A DNA stretch of 64,000 nt from Eledone cirrhosa. Lineage: Eukaryota. The translations under genes were made by a program, and so were the position numbers. Positions 38,201 to 46,764 of this stretch are shown here, piece after piece. The DNA is taken from assembly GCA_964016885.1 (NCBI GenBank), contig OZ024740.1, forward strand, positions 404,674,001 through 404,738,000, read 5' to 3'. Positions within the stretch are counted from its first letter, which is position 1, and each line of letters begins with the position of its first letter. The notes beneath the pieces were generated by a model. It saw only the letters and a list, made by a program, of their open reading frames with translations, was not told where the DNA came from and did not search any database.

Positions 38201-41200
38201 TGTCTGGCGGGTTTTCTACAGCTGGATGCCCTTCCTAACACCAACCACATTTACAGTGTGGGGCTGGGAGGTTTTTACCGTGTTGCCTACACGGCCACAT
38301 TACAGCGTGGACTGTGTTTTTTTGTCGTGACAACTACACGATCTCATTTGTTTCGGCCTGGATGTTGTGGCACCAACATAACTTTACATTGAAAGGGGCG
38401 GTGTGGATGAGGTGGGGGTGGTGGGACGGGGGTGTATTTTGTTAGAGATGCCTACTGACTGTAGTAGGTTTTACTTTGTATTTAGGTAAGGTGGGTCTTC
38501 TCTGTTACTGAGTACCGCCAAAGGTCTCGGTCCAGTGACATTGTCTTGGAGAGGTGTAAGTGTGTGAGGTCGGAATTTATCAGCTCGTCCCAGGTTTTTC
38601 TGGGTCTGCCTATTCCGTGGCTACCGTCTATCTTTATTGCCCTGCACTTTGTTATACAGCTATCGTCTTTCATGCGCATCACGTGACCATACCAACGTAG
38701 CCTTCTCTCGAGTAAACAACATCTGATCCGTCTTATTTCTAATTTTTTCCTTAGTTCGTTTATGCTTTGTCGTTCACGTATATTACTATTACACATCCAG
38801 CGGAGCATGCAAGCTTCGTTCCTCTCTAGTCTGCGTATATCCTCTGCACACAATGCCCAGGTCTCACTGCCATGCAACATTGCTGTTCGTATGCAGGCAT
38901 CATACAACCTGCCTTTCATTTTTAGGGAGAACCCTTTAGCGGCTAATAGTGGTATAAGCTCTCTGAACTTTTTCCATCCAGTTCTGACTCTAGCTACTGT
39001 ACTTTCAGAGCACCCTCCCCCACTGCTGATTTTGTCACCCAGGTAACGGAAGCTGTCCACTATTTCTATAGAACCCTCTGCGCAGTTGAAAGAGCTAGTA
39101 TTTTGTGGGCACTTGCTGCTACTTATTGCACCAGAGCACCGGCCACATGTAAAATCTATGTTCTTAGTTAGCTTACCTGTGATCCTACTACATCTTTTAG
39201 GCACCCATACTTTGCATTTGGGACACAAAATGGAGTTTCTACCTACGCCTTTCCTACACACTGAGCATGGCCACTTCCCGGAAGGGACCGCCGCCTTATT
39301 TTCTTTCCTACAAACTAGAACTTTGGTCTTAGCCAGGTTAATTTTAAGGCCTTTTGATTCTAGGCCGTGCTTCCATGTTTGGAATTTCTTCTCTAGCTCG
39401 ACCATTGATTCAGCTATGAGTGTTAGGTCATCTGCGTATAGGAGTTCCCATGGGCAGCCGGTCTTGAACTCCTCTGTTATAGCCTGAAGGGCAATAATAA
39501 ATAGTAGGGGGCTGAGAACAGAGCCCTGATGGACGCCAACTTTTACGCTAAACTCTTCACTATATTCGTTGTTAATTCTAACCTTGCTGACTGTTTCTTT
39601 ATACATGGCTTGTATATATAGATGCTAAAGGAAAAAAATCTGACCACCTTCATTTTAAGTGCACTTACCACACTGGCATGTGTTCAACAGGTTGTATATA
39701 TATATATATGTATGCATGTATACATATGTGTGTGTGTATGGATATATGTGTGTGGCAAAATCTGCCTGTCAGAAGCTGGACTTCAATCATCCACTAGCAC
39801 GCCCTAACAGTTATTCTCAACTCCAAAAGGACACAATAGGACACTTTGTACTGACTTCAGAACATACCAACCAGTTCACACTTATCAATGCCACATATGT
39901 CACAAAATATGCAAATCTAAGGAGGTCTAAAGAGACATTTCAAGGTTCATCAAGATCGGACAACTCAGACAGTTGAAGCTACACCGAAACTAAAGTATAA
40001 TTTATGCAGACAACATTTTCAAAGTATGTCTGGTTTAAAAAGCCACATAGGTTCTCATGCCAGAACTGAGCTCCATGTACATTGAGATGGTCAAGCTTTG
40101 TATTAAGTAGACAACTGTCATATGTATGTATATATGTGTATGTATATATGTGTATGTATACATGTGTATGTATGTATATATGTATGTATATATATATATA
40201 TATATATATACATGTGTTTTTGTTGTTTATATAACCACCTTGGTTGAAAACTATGGTGCACTTTTCAAACTGTTTGAATTTAACTGCCAATAGTATGCTT
40301 TGTTCTAATGGAATTTGACTACCTTTCTCTTTAGAAGGTCATGTGATGCTGCCACACTGTAAAACTATGTAGCAAAGCTACTTGCTTTTGGTGTATTAAT
40401 AAGCTATTCATGCGTGATTTGGCTAAGTTAGGTCAATCGTAAGCCGCGCACAGATATATATTTCAATTTCTGCCCAAATAAAGATTTTCCTGCTTCTTTT
40501 ATATATACTCTCTTGCTGCTTAATCGTGGAAAGGCAAACACCATTTTTCTTTTGCCGTTCGACCACTAGCCATGATGTCACAACAACACAATTTCGGCCT
40601 GACCGGCACCTCGGCCAGCAGACTGTGCCTTCCTCAGCTTAAAACTCTTAATAATGTTTGTTACTGTTTGTTTGACATGTCAACTCAACTCAACTCAACT
40701 CTTTGTATTTAGTTGTAAATAAAAACATGTAAAAATGTTTACGAAGACTTACAACTACTTCAACAAACATTCACTTCTCTCACACATAATATACGTTACA
40801 TTGCTAGCCATAACAAATAGCCTAACAACTCCTCGTGTTCTAAAAACAACATGCAACAATTACATTTATTGATACTTCAATACCTCATGTACAATCATCT
40901 ATAACATGAAACCTTTGATTCCTCTTATTCTTATTATGCCAACATGGCATAATACTATTTTTCTGCTATAACTACAACCACCGCTATAGTGGGGTTAAAT
41001 TTGGTCTCTTCTGATATCTCGGACAGGTTCCTTTGCTAGAATTTAGGACTGAACTCCATTGATCCTGACTTGAATATTTTCAGAAATAACACGTGGTTTC
41101 TGTGCATGATGTTTTGCTAATGCATTAACTGCTCACAGGGTACAGTGATGAAACTGTAGTTTGGAGCATTCAGTCACGGCCACCACTGTATATTGCAGGA

Positions 41201-43049
41201 GGTACTTTTTTTTGTGGAACAAGAGACTCCTAGTCTTCATTAGAAGGTCACTGATATAAAACCTGTAACTTCATTTGCATCTAATGATGTAGACCAGTTC
41301 TTCTTTTTGTGCAAATGCATTCGATGTTCAGAGAGTAGGATTGGCTCCATGCAAAGCTTTTCCTAACTTAAAATATATGTGGTTTTATACACTACATCTT
41401 CGTTTATGCATACATCCACACTGGTAAGTGTGTACTTATGTATGAGCAGCCTAAATCCGATAACATTACTATTAATGTTCTCATTATTATTACTCTTTCT
41501 ATTATTATTTTCAGTTTTTTTGTTTAATCGTTTTACTTTTATTAACATTATTTTCCATATATGGTTGCTGGATATCATTTAGCTCTTCTGAAAAAAATAT
41601 TAGTCCCCAGATTCTTTCAAAGCAAAAATGTTTTTTTCAATAGCAAGAAATTGTTCTTCTCGCTCCACATAATGACCTAATTATCCTTGCATATATTTTG
41701 CCCATCACAAGAGAATGTCTTCACGCACCACTATTATGTCTTCCTGTTTTCTAAAGGCAATATTTGGTTGTAATATTTTTTTTTATATTTACTTCTCCAT
41801 CTACAGATGGATTTTTCTGTTTCAGAAGATCCCTCTTAGGGAAAAAGCAGAAATCCTTTGCTTAAATTTTAATCTGTACTACTACTAATATATATATAGT
41901 TATGTAATAAACAACATAAGACATATCTTACGTCCATATCAAATAAAATTACATTCTGGTGAGCGATTTCAGACATCTGTGTCGAGCTCGTCTGTCTTCA
42001 TGAAACCTTTGGTAAATGGAATAATTGTCTTATGTTGTTTATTACATAACTAAATAGCTCTGTTTAATAATTAAAGCTACACTATGATGTGATCAGCTTC
42101 ATCATATCAAATTGTCATAACTTAACCAAGGGTCTCACATAAAATTATGAAGAGAGGTTTTTAGATAAATATAACCACCTTAAAACAAATTGTTTGGTCT
42201 CAGTTGGTTTGATATTGAAAAGGTAAATAATATAAAAACTATTATGAGAAAATCGACATTGTTCTTACCCAGCATCTGTCATTTGTGTGTAGTCCATCAT
42301 ACTGTCAAAGTCATCATTGTCAAGGTTTTGAGATGGAATTGGGGATCCAAACATTCTTCCAATATTAGAAGTATTCATCAGAGCACCCATCAGAAGAGGC
42401 CCTTTATTATCATGGACACATGACGGACTCAAAGCATTTGGTACAGCAACAAGGGCGGCTTTTGGGATAACAGCTGCTGATACATGAGCCTTGAAAAAGA
42501 TTAGAAATAAAATAGTACAATTGGTAAATCATTATATATTTTTATCGGTAGAGGGTCGGACGCCATGCTTTGACGCAAAGAGTTACGGCCTTTTCCATTA
42601 TGAGTTCAAATCCCACCGAGGTTAACTTTGCCTTTCATCCTTACGGGGTCGATAAAATAAAGTACCAGTAATACACTGGGTAATTTGCTGGCCTTGTGCC
42701 AAAAGTAGAAACCATTATATATTTTTTATCTTCTAGATGAACTTCATATTTTATACTTGTCCCTTTGTATCTAAGTTTCTCTCTTTCTAATTTGAAAAGA
42801 AAAAGAACTTTCCAAGCAAGCAATATATATTTGGTTTGCATTTTCTTCAGTGGCTTTGTTAACCTTTTTTTTTGTATGTGTATGTGCATTAGTTCTCATT
42901 GAAAATATCAAATCAGAATGTAATACCATGTTACTTTGAACCTGTGAAAGTATACTTATTTCGCTAGTGCCAAATGACTGATGAATAACCTAGGAAACAA
43001 GAAAAAATAGTTTTGGTGATTGAAAGCTTACCTTGTGAAGAGTAAACAT
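4153..43049 (-). CDS. CEP89: Multi-exon gene, centrosomal protein of 89 kDa (CEP89/CCDC123) homolog; 3' end lies outside the window
   Basis: 17 exons with AG/GT boundaries and matching phases join into a stop-free ORF of 1739 nt. Peptides [44 protein letters not shown] and LIKEENHILIEQL match remembered vertebrate CEP89 ([58 protein letters not shown]). Confidence 0.88.
4790..5300. mobile_element. Cluster of three SINE copies (one plus, two minus)
   Basis: Repeated SINE body at 4790-4915, 4961-5100 and 5111-5300. Confidence 0.85.
6132..6157 (-). CDS. CEP89: CEP89 26-nt micro-exon (IYKKKLSE)
   Basis: Acceptor gttttccag, donor GTAAGT; needed to convert phase 0 to phase 2 between its neighbours. 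Confidence 0.75.
6243..6540. repeat. Degenerate (GAT/GGT)n repeat
   Basis: Direct inspection. Confidence 0.9.
6640..7128 (+). mobile_element. CR1-type LINE 3' fragment (shorter tails also at 55087-55212, 56505-56620, 61485-61590 and 63445-63525 minus)
   Basis: TRG..K..K...FFTLRVAEAWNKLP; same 3' UTR as the 52.6 kb copy. Confidence 0.85.
7413..7502 (-). CDS. CEP89: CEP89 exon (LKANEEIVLKL...KLKSTMK)
   Basis: Acceptor attttcag, donor GTTTGT, 90 nt, phase 0 to 0. Confidence 0.78.
8352..8680 (-). mobile_element. Two tandem SINE copies
   Basis: Repeated SINE body joined by (AAT)n. Confidence 0.8.
8685..8853. repeat. Imperfect fold-back of about 165 bp
   Basis: ataaataatagttgagaaaatcagataaa / tttatctgattttctcaactattatttat arms. 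Confidence 0.85.
9001..9088 (-). CDS. CEP89: CEP89 exon (KCAIQNKKLL...QDQLKK)
   Basis: Acceptor tttattag, donor GTAAAT, 88 nt, phase 2 to 0. Confidence 0.78.
9311..9370. mobile_element. 60-bp hAT-type MITE
   Basis: TIRs CAGGGTTTCCCA / TGGGAAACACTG with perfect 8-bp TSD ATCTAGAG. Confidence 0.85.
9550..10025. mobile_element. Two oppositely oriented piggyBac-type MITEs (9550-9756 and 9816-10025)
   Basis: CCCTTTA...TAAAGGG-like ends, TTAA flanks on the second copy, shared internal sequence. Confidence 0.75.
10308..10411 (-). CDS. CEP89: CEP89 exon (ESSQKIERFQ...ELKITK)
   Basis: Acceptor ttttcctccag, donor GTAAAA, 104 nt, phase 0 to 2. Confidence 0.85.
11677..11740 (-). CDS. CEP89: CEP89 exon (DVDGTIEKHIKEKAELNAKLE)
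   Basis: Acceptor ttctttactag, donor GTGAGT, 64 nt, phase 2 to 0. Confidence 0.85.
12128..12590 (-). mobile_element. Three tandem SINE copies
   Basis: About 188-bp unit repeated, junction ccaaagactaataatt shared. Confidence 0.85.
13100..13350 (+). repeat. About 45-bp minisatellite expanded inside an RTE/SINE 3' tail
   Basis: gcacccagcccacactgtaaagtggtcatgtaggtgtcatgacaaaaa, 5-6 diverged units. Confidence 0.8.
13764..13944 (-). CDS. CEP89: CEP89 exon (HQLNQQLKLK...HQNSLEKLQ)
   Basis: Acceptor ttttgtag, donor GTAAGT, 181 nt, phase 1 to 2. Confidence 0.85.
15345..15577. mobile_element. Second, older TTAA-flanked MITE family (related copies near 3877-4114, 10055-10294, 15917-16127, 24790-25040, 35580-36010)
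   Basis: ttaaccttttgata.c...aaagggttaa ends and shared degenerate internal sequence; boundaries approximate. Confidence 0.6.
16317..16432 (-). CDS. CEP89: CEP89 exon (SLIEQRLDLIKEENHILIEQL...FSHE)
   Basis: Acceptor tttacag, donor GTAAAT, 116 nt, phase 2 to 1; EENxxLxEQL motif. Confidence 0.88.
17129..17336. mobile_element. piggyBac-type MITE
   Basis: TTAA TSD on both sides, CCCTTTAGCATTT TIR. Confidence 0.8.
18490..19730 (+). mobile_element. Degenerate RTE LINE 3' half
   Basis: CRKGVGRNSILC, YGSETW, WYGHVM, GRPWKTW in broken frames, followed by the RTE 3' UTR. Confidence 0.85.
20928..21325 (+). mobile_element. 3' UTR-only copy of the same young RTE family
   Basis: Closely matches 54700-55086, ends in (GAT)n. 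Confidence 0.85.
21408..21517 (-). CDS. CEP89: CEP89 exon (EEIENLSKKC...SSRVFE)
   Basis: Poly-T ag acceptor, 110 nt, phase 0 to 2; the donor GTTTCT is weak but fits the phase of the next exon. Confidence 0.78.
21675..22110 (-). mobile_element. Tx1/L1-like RT fragment
   Basis: LLYVLTLEPLL, AYTDDMT, KLNSEK, VKFLGVWF. Confidence 0.75.
23426..23509 (-). CDS. CEP89: CEP89 exon ([15 protein letters not shown]...AVYK)
   Basis: Acceptor ttttcag, donor GTAAAT, 84 nt; KYLSPL motif. Confidence 0.92.
24389..24439 (-). CDS. CEP89: CEP89 exon ([17 protein letters not shown])
   Basis: Acceptor ttatccag, donor GTGAGT, 51 nt; GLPxxGPIPxWL motif. Confidence 0.92.
25323..25450 (-). CDS. CEP89: CEP89 exon (SDKSRIQQLKEE...[12 protein letters not shown]...LKE)
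   Basis: Acceptor tttcag, donor GTAAAT, 128 nt, phase 1 to 0; diagnostic LNxELSxYQxKF motif. Confidence 0.9.
25794..25899 (-). CDS. CEP89: CEP89 exon (DSTDNRSIR...QDLQKSQ)
   Basis: Acceptor poly-T cag, donor GTACAA, 106 nt, phase 0 to 1; coiled-coil-like sequence. Confidence 0.8.
25987..26241 (+). repeat. 5' LTR (255 bp)
   Basis: tgtgggtatgg...ctaatcaca, repeated at 29860. Confidence 0.93.
26310..27020 (+). CDS. gag: Retrotransposon Gag with two zinc knuckles
   Basis: CFRCQGPHMARDC and CYRCKRPGHIATNC in a 236-aa ORF just after the PBS. Confidence 0.92.
   Translation: MATRLRMNEAIRAFTGEGDVVAWLWKVWLVAGLQKIEDVAGLMALYLKGDTLVLFLELDEHSQRDVQKIERHLMDAFAEGPLAAFAKLARIRWNGERVDIFAAEIRRLAMLAGYQAECERTVRLAFINGFPDDIAVKLQQVPGYKEMEMRSLVEQARIIAEDAKKSVAAIATTEAQDTWQRNGEREATSARSRPRKFRGRCFRCQGPHMARDCRESKPEIICYRCKRPGHIATNCD
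27020..27077 (+). promoter_or_regulatory. -1 programmed ribosomal frameshift signal (GGGAAAC plus H-type pseudoknot)
   Basis: Slippery heptamer in the gag phase, 5-nt spacer, stem 27032-27043 pairing with 27051-27063, loop GCGCCG complementary to CGGCGC at 27072-27077. Confidence 0.8.
27026..29847 (+). pseudogene. pol: Pol (protease-RT-RNase H-integrase) in the -1 frame relative to gag, disrupted
   Basis: ALMDTG protease; DLKSAYLQ, LGFRL and YIDD in RT; CDAS/INVAEL/TDS RNase H; HxxxH..CxxC, DVTH, DNS and GNGIVER in integrase. In-frame TAG at 28571-28573 and an 8-bp duplication frameshift at 29471-29486. Confidence 0.93.
29860..30072 (+). repeat. 3' LTR (213 bp)
   Basis: tgtgggtatgg...ctaaccaca; lacks two short segments present in the 5' LTR. 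Confidence 0.93.
30480..30960 (-). mobile_element. Possible R4/Dong-like LINE relic
   Basis: Very degenerate; DSKVKIL and K.GG-like segments recall R4/Dong ORFs. Confidence 0.3.
31399..31618. mobile_element. piggyBac-type MITE
   Basis: TTAA TSD and TIRs; ends about 30 bp from a CEP89 donor site. Confidence 0.82.
31651..31725 (-). CDS. CEP89: CEP89 exon (EYQNTNEEPTLPIRCHIAGSSFIGN)
   Basis: Strong polypyrimidine tttcttttctttcag, donor GTGAGT, 75 nt, phase 0 to 0. Confidence 0.75.
32100..32600 (+). mobile_element. Penelope-like element RT/thumb fragment
   Basis: VNFLDLSLDL..KPFLKP...YIH....PP, AAPYYN, IWF.P...NIKTNVGK.F typical of PLE RT C-termini. Confidence 0.75.
33463..34341 (-). mobile_element. 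5'-truncated RTE LINE
   Basis: LGDKISSGGGC...HGSETW...WMC, 3' UTR and (GAT)n. Confidence 0.85.
34878..35262. mobile_element. piggyBac-type MITE interrupted by a SINE (34923-35082)
   Basis: TTAA flanks; SINE bounded by 13-bp TSD attatattttcat. Confidence 0.82.
35334..35487 (-). CDS. CEP89: CEP89 exon (YLNIPFEK...PKKQKAQ)
   Basis: Acceptor tttctag, donor CAG|GTAAAA, 154 nt, phase 2 to 0. Confidence 0.82.
36019..36589 (-). mobile_element. Non-autonomous Helitron-like element with internal ~140-150 bp repeats
   Basis: 5' TCTATATATATAAAA, subterminal palindrome atgcaatgccggcattgcat, degenerate CTAG end. Confidence 0.65.
36720..37085 (+). mobile_element. Old CR1/Jockey-group LINE fragment
   Basis: LYKAQV*PTLEY-like translation from about 36765. 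Confidence 0.5.
37981..39612 (-). mobile_element. 5'-truncated RTE LINE with intact 374-aa RT C-terminal ORF (38482-39606) and 3' UTR
   Basis: GVHQGSVLSPLLF, LYADD, FRYLG, RRLRWYGHV, GRPRKTW; (GAT)n tail. Confidence 0.93.
41600..41840 (-). mobile_element. Old RTE-like RT relic
   Basis: KQEDIIVVREDILL*WAKYMQ resembles the pre-RT D..RW.EY motif; contains stops. Confidence 0.45.
42269..42489 (-). CDS. CEP89: CEP89 exon (AHVSAAVIPKAALVAVP...TQMTDAG)
   Basis: Acceptor ttttcaag, donor GTAAGA, 221 nt open, phase 0 to 2; resembles the CEP89 N-terminal motif. Confidence 0.85.
43032..43049 (-). CDS. CEP89: CEP89 putative first coding exon (MFTLHK)
   Basis: ATG preceded by an in-frame stop; strong donor AAG|GTAAGC in phase 0, matching the next exon. 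An alternative ATG|GTAAGG at 49337-49339 is also possible. Confidence 0.5.
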
Positions 43050-43879
43050 ATTTGTTATTTCATCATTGTATCATTAGAATCATTATGCCATTAATTATTA
43101 TTATCATAATTTATACCAGTAATTTAATACTTCTTTATAAACAAGCAAGATATAGTCCCCATCCCAGCCCATCTGAGAAGTTAGAGCTCTACATATGTAC
43201 TGACACTGTCTATACAGACCCATCCAACTATTGTTAACAGAGAAGATCAACATTAAATGATGATGATGATGATGATACAATGTTTTAGTGATAGTTTTTC
43301 CTCTTTGTTTTCCTTGCTTATTGATATTAACCATTCTAACAAAAACATGAGTTAATTTCTTCACTCTAGAAACTTCCAATGTCTTAAATACTGGCAATGG
43401 TAGGTAAATCCCTATATTATTAAGTGTTTGACGCTGTTCATTATTGTTGTTTAATAAGCTAATCTAAGTGTAAACCGAGTTATTTGGAAAAGGCTCAGTT
43501 TAGCTGATGACAGTTAATTGCCCTAAAATGCAATTGATGGTTACCATAACCACCACTGCTGCCACCACCTCCATTAGTAATATCCCTATCAATAATGCAA
43601 CCATTTTAACAGCTGCTAGAGTTATCAGTATATTGCATACATGTGTTTGTTGACATGTCTTTCAAGAGCATGTCCTCCAATAGACACCCTTCTCTTCTTG
43701 CCTCTTCCTCTAGTTTCGTATCATACTGTAAGTAAATAGCCTTCTCTTTCTTCTGCCTCCCACTGTTACTTCTTGACCTCAGATAAACACTCCTCCTCTC
43801 TCTCTCTCCATTTTTGATTCTTTCTCCATCTGTGTAGAATATGTACATAAACATATTAATATTATAGATCCTAATTTAA

Positions 43880-44074
43880 CCCTTTAGCATTTAAACCGGT
43901 CATATCCTGCCAGAATTCTTTCACCTCTTTCTGTTCAAACCAGCAGCTCATACTGATGTTAAGGTATTGTTCTCAAAATTAATATCAAAATCTCCTAGAT
44001 TTAATATTATGTGAGATAAAGCCTTTACCATGAAAATATGAGAGTTAATATTGAGTAATGTAAATGTTAAAGGG
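43880..44074. mobile_element. piggyBac-type MITE
   Basis: TTAA TSD, TIRs. Confidence 0.8.
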
Positions 44075-44894
44075 TTAAGGAATAAAGAAGTGACAAATGC
44101 AGTGTGGTGTAATTGGTAATACAGCCTCCAGAAAAACACTAGTTATACTGCCCAAGTTTTATCTATAGGTTTGTGGTTATATTTCAATTGTAAATCAGTG
44201 TTTAGAAGGGTATGTTTTATTTTGTTTATATTAAAAATCTTATTTCTCAGTTTATTTGTTTTGTGTGCGTGAGAGAGAGAGAGTATTAGATGTTCATGAC
44301 TAGACAACCAAGACCACTAATCAATGAAGTAATCAATAGATTTTATGATACAGAGTGGTTGTATTTACTATGAGCTTAGTCTAACAGAGAGACCATCTGT
44401 TTCAATTTTCTTGGGCAAAATGCCTTTAAGTTTAATCAAGAGGAACAACTATCGTATATAAGCCGAGAAATGTGGGACAAAAAATGAATGGTAAAATGGT
44501 GGGGTGGGGATCATATTTGAGGTCAATATTTTGCTGATTTTCTCCAAATTCAAAATTTTACATAAATGAAGTGTTAAAATAGTTTCCCTTTGGAAGTGAA
44601 TTACGCCAGTTTACTTTGGAGGTGAATTCATATTTCCTATTGTTTTAGCTATGTTTCGAATAAATATGGCCACCAAATCAGAAATTGGTAAAAAAAAACA
44701 ATTAAATAATGGAATTTTGAAATAAAAACTATATGCTAAACAACACTTACAATATTTTCAATATATAAATATTAAAACCTATATATATATATATGGCATA
44801 CCTGACTTTTAACGGTCTGAAGAATGAAAGTAAATTTATTTTCATTTTCAACGTCATGAAAATGAAACTACATTTATTGTCATTAATTATTTTC

Positions 44895-45072
44895 GAATTG
44901 GCAGTATCGGTAGAGGGTCGGACGCCATGCTTTCCAGCATAGTTACGTCCCTTTACAGTCTGAGTTCAAATCCCGCCGAGGTTAACTTTGCCTTTCATCC
45001 TTATGGGGTCGATAAAATAAAGTACCAGTAATGCACTGGGTAATTGCTGGCCTTGTGCCTAAAGTAGAAACA
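44895..45072 (+). mobile_element. tRNA-derived SINE with Meta-like central domain (type copy; at least 18 copies in the window)
   Basis: B-box gagttcaaatccc, central gcctttcatccttayggggtcgataaaataaagtaccag, tail gtagaaacaattatt; 13-bp TSD. Confidence 0.88.
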
Positions 45073-45237
45073 ATTAATTATTTTCATTTTCGATTGTAAA
45101 TGTTGTTGTTGATACTGTCCGTTCTGTGTGTGTTGAAAAAAATTACATATTTAAACTGTTGTGTGTTGAAAAAAATTACATATTTAAACGTTTGTTGCAT
45201 ATAAAATTTAAATTTACCAACTTTATTAAAATATTTA

Positions 45238-46357
45238 CTACACCCTGTAAATAGCTCCAATACAGTTTAGTATTTCGCCAAACTTGTTGGCACCAACTCT
45301 CTGCCGCCAAAGAAATTCAGCTAGATATGAGGGGAATAAAGAATTGTTGGTCCCATGCTGGCGACGAAACTTCTTCTTCGCACGGCTCCACGTGTTCTCT
45401 ATGAGTTGTGTGTGCACATCACTGTCTGCAGGATCGACAAAGTTCCGTTGGTGCACCACAACATCATGGAGGTAAATACCACCTTCAATTTCTTTAATTT
45501 CCGAATAGGAAGCCCAACAATCGGAGATGATGCGGCTGCCTGGCAAAATCCACTGCTGAATAATGGGGACGAGAGTCTCACGGCTTCGATCTGGGACTTC
45601 TACAAGGCAGCAGCGTCCAGAATGGCGTTCAACAGCGCCGAAGACCCAGTGGCCTTGTCTACACAGGCCACGATGATACTTTCTATGGAAGTATTTCGAT
45701 TCGTCGATCTCTACAATGATCGACTCACCATTGTCATCTAAGCCTCCAAATACTGCTCACAAATTTCTTTAATAAAATAGCACCAGTCTATTACTGTACG
45801 TTCGGAGACTCCCGTTTCTCTAATGATCTGAACTTGTGCCTGATCATAACACCACATGTATAAAATACCAATAATTATTTCTACTTTTGGCACAAGGCCA
45901 GCAATTACCCAGTGCATTACTGGTACTTTATTTTATCGACCCCGTAAGGATGAAAGGCAAAGTAAACTTCGGCGGCATTTGAACTCAGAATGGCAAGGAC
46001 CGTAACTCTATGCGTCAAAGCATGGCGTCCGAACCACTACCGATACACCAATAATGTGATCCAGTCGCACATGGCTTCGTTCGAAAAAAGAATTCCGTTG
46101 CAGCCATTGATTGAATTTGTCGCGGTTGCATCGCCATCTCCATTTATCGACACCCTCAGAATATCCTTGCAATCGGCACGCCTCATTACAAACAGGACAA
46201 TTGACACTGTTTGCCAACAAACGCCGTCTCGCCAACACAGAATGTCACCGTGTATCGCAGGTATTAGTGTATATATTGTTTCATTATGATTAAGGATATC
46301 ATTTGTATCGAAAATATCATCAGCTAAGGTACTGCGACCATATACTCGTCCAGACAT
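45238..46357 (-). pseudogene. Merlin/ISXO2-type DDE transposase, broken by frameshifts and a SINE
   Basis: Zn-ribbon CPVC...WRC; VEIDESKYFHRKYHRG, WVFGAVER, ISDCWASY, VHTQLIENTW, YLAEFLWR. Confidence 0.9.
45876..46046 (-). mobile_element. Same SINE inserted in the Merlin transposase
   Basis: 9-bp TSD accaataat; removing it restores the DHIIGILYMW reading. Confidence 0.88.
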
Positions 46358-46645
46358 ATTTGATATGAGATTGTAGTAAAATCGTGCCCTCTGGTGCTTT
46401 GTTTTAAAAACAGACTATTTTCTGCCCTTCTGACCCCAATCCGTTCTCATTCTATGCCCTTTTTATGACCCCAGTCCGTTCTGTTATGGCTTGAATCAAG
46501 CCATAACAGAACGGACAGTATCAACAACAACATTTACAATCGAAAATGAAAATAATTAATGACAATAAATGTAGTTTCATTTTCATGACGTTAAAAATGA
46601 AAATAAATTTACTTTCATTCTTCAGACCGTTAAAAGTCAGATATG

Positions 46646-46764
<119 letters not shown>

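Noticed and set aside
39880-39955. C2H2 zinc-finger-like YQCHICHKICKSK...H...H
   Set aside because: Single and frameshifted; more likely a LINE C-terminal relic than a ZNF gene.
41793-41834. Apparent small CEP89 exon
   Set aside because: Wrong phase or stop with the natural acceptor, and the region translates as an RTE relic.
44895-45072. tRNA-like A/B boxes
   Set aside because: SINE heads; no complete cloverleaf, many degenerate copies.
45238-46357. Bacterial IS1595 contamination or recent bacterial transfer
   Set aside because: The element is interrupted by host SINEs and flanked by host microsatellites; it fits eukaryotic Merlin.
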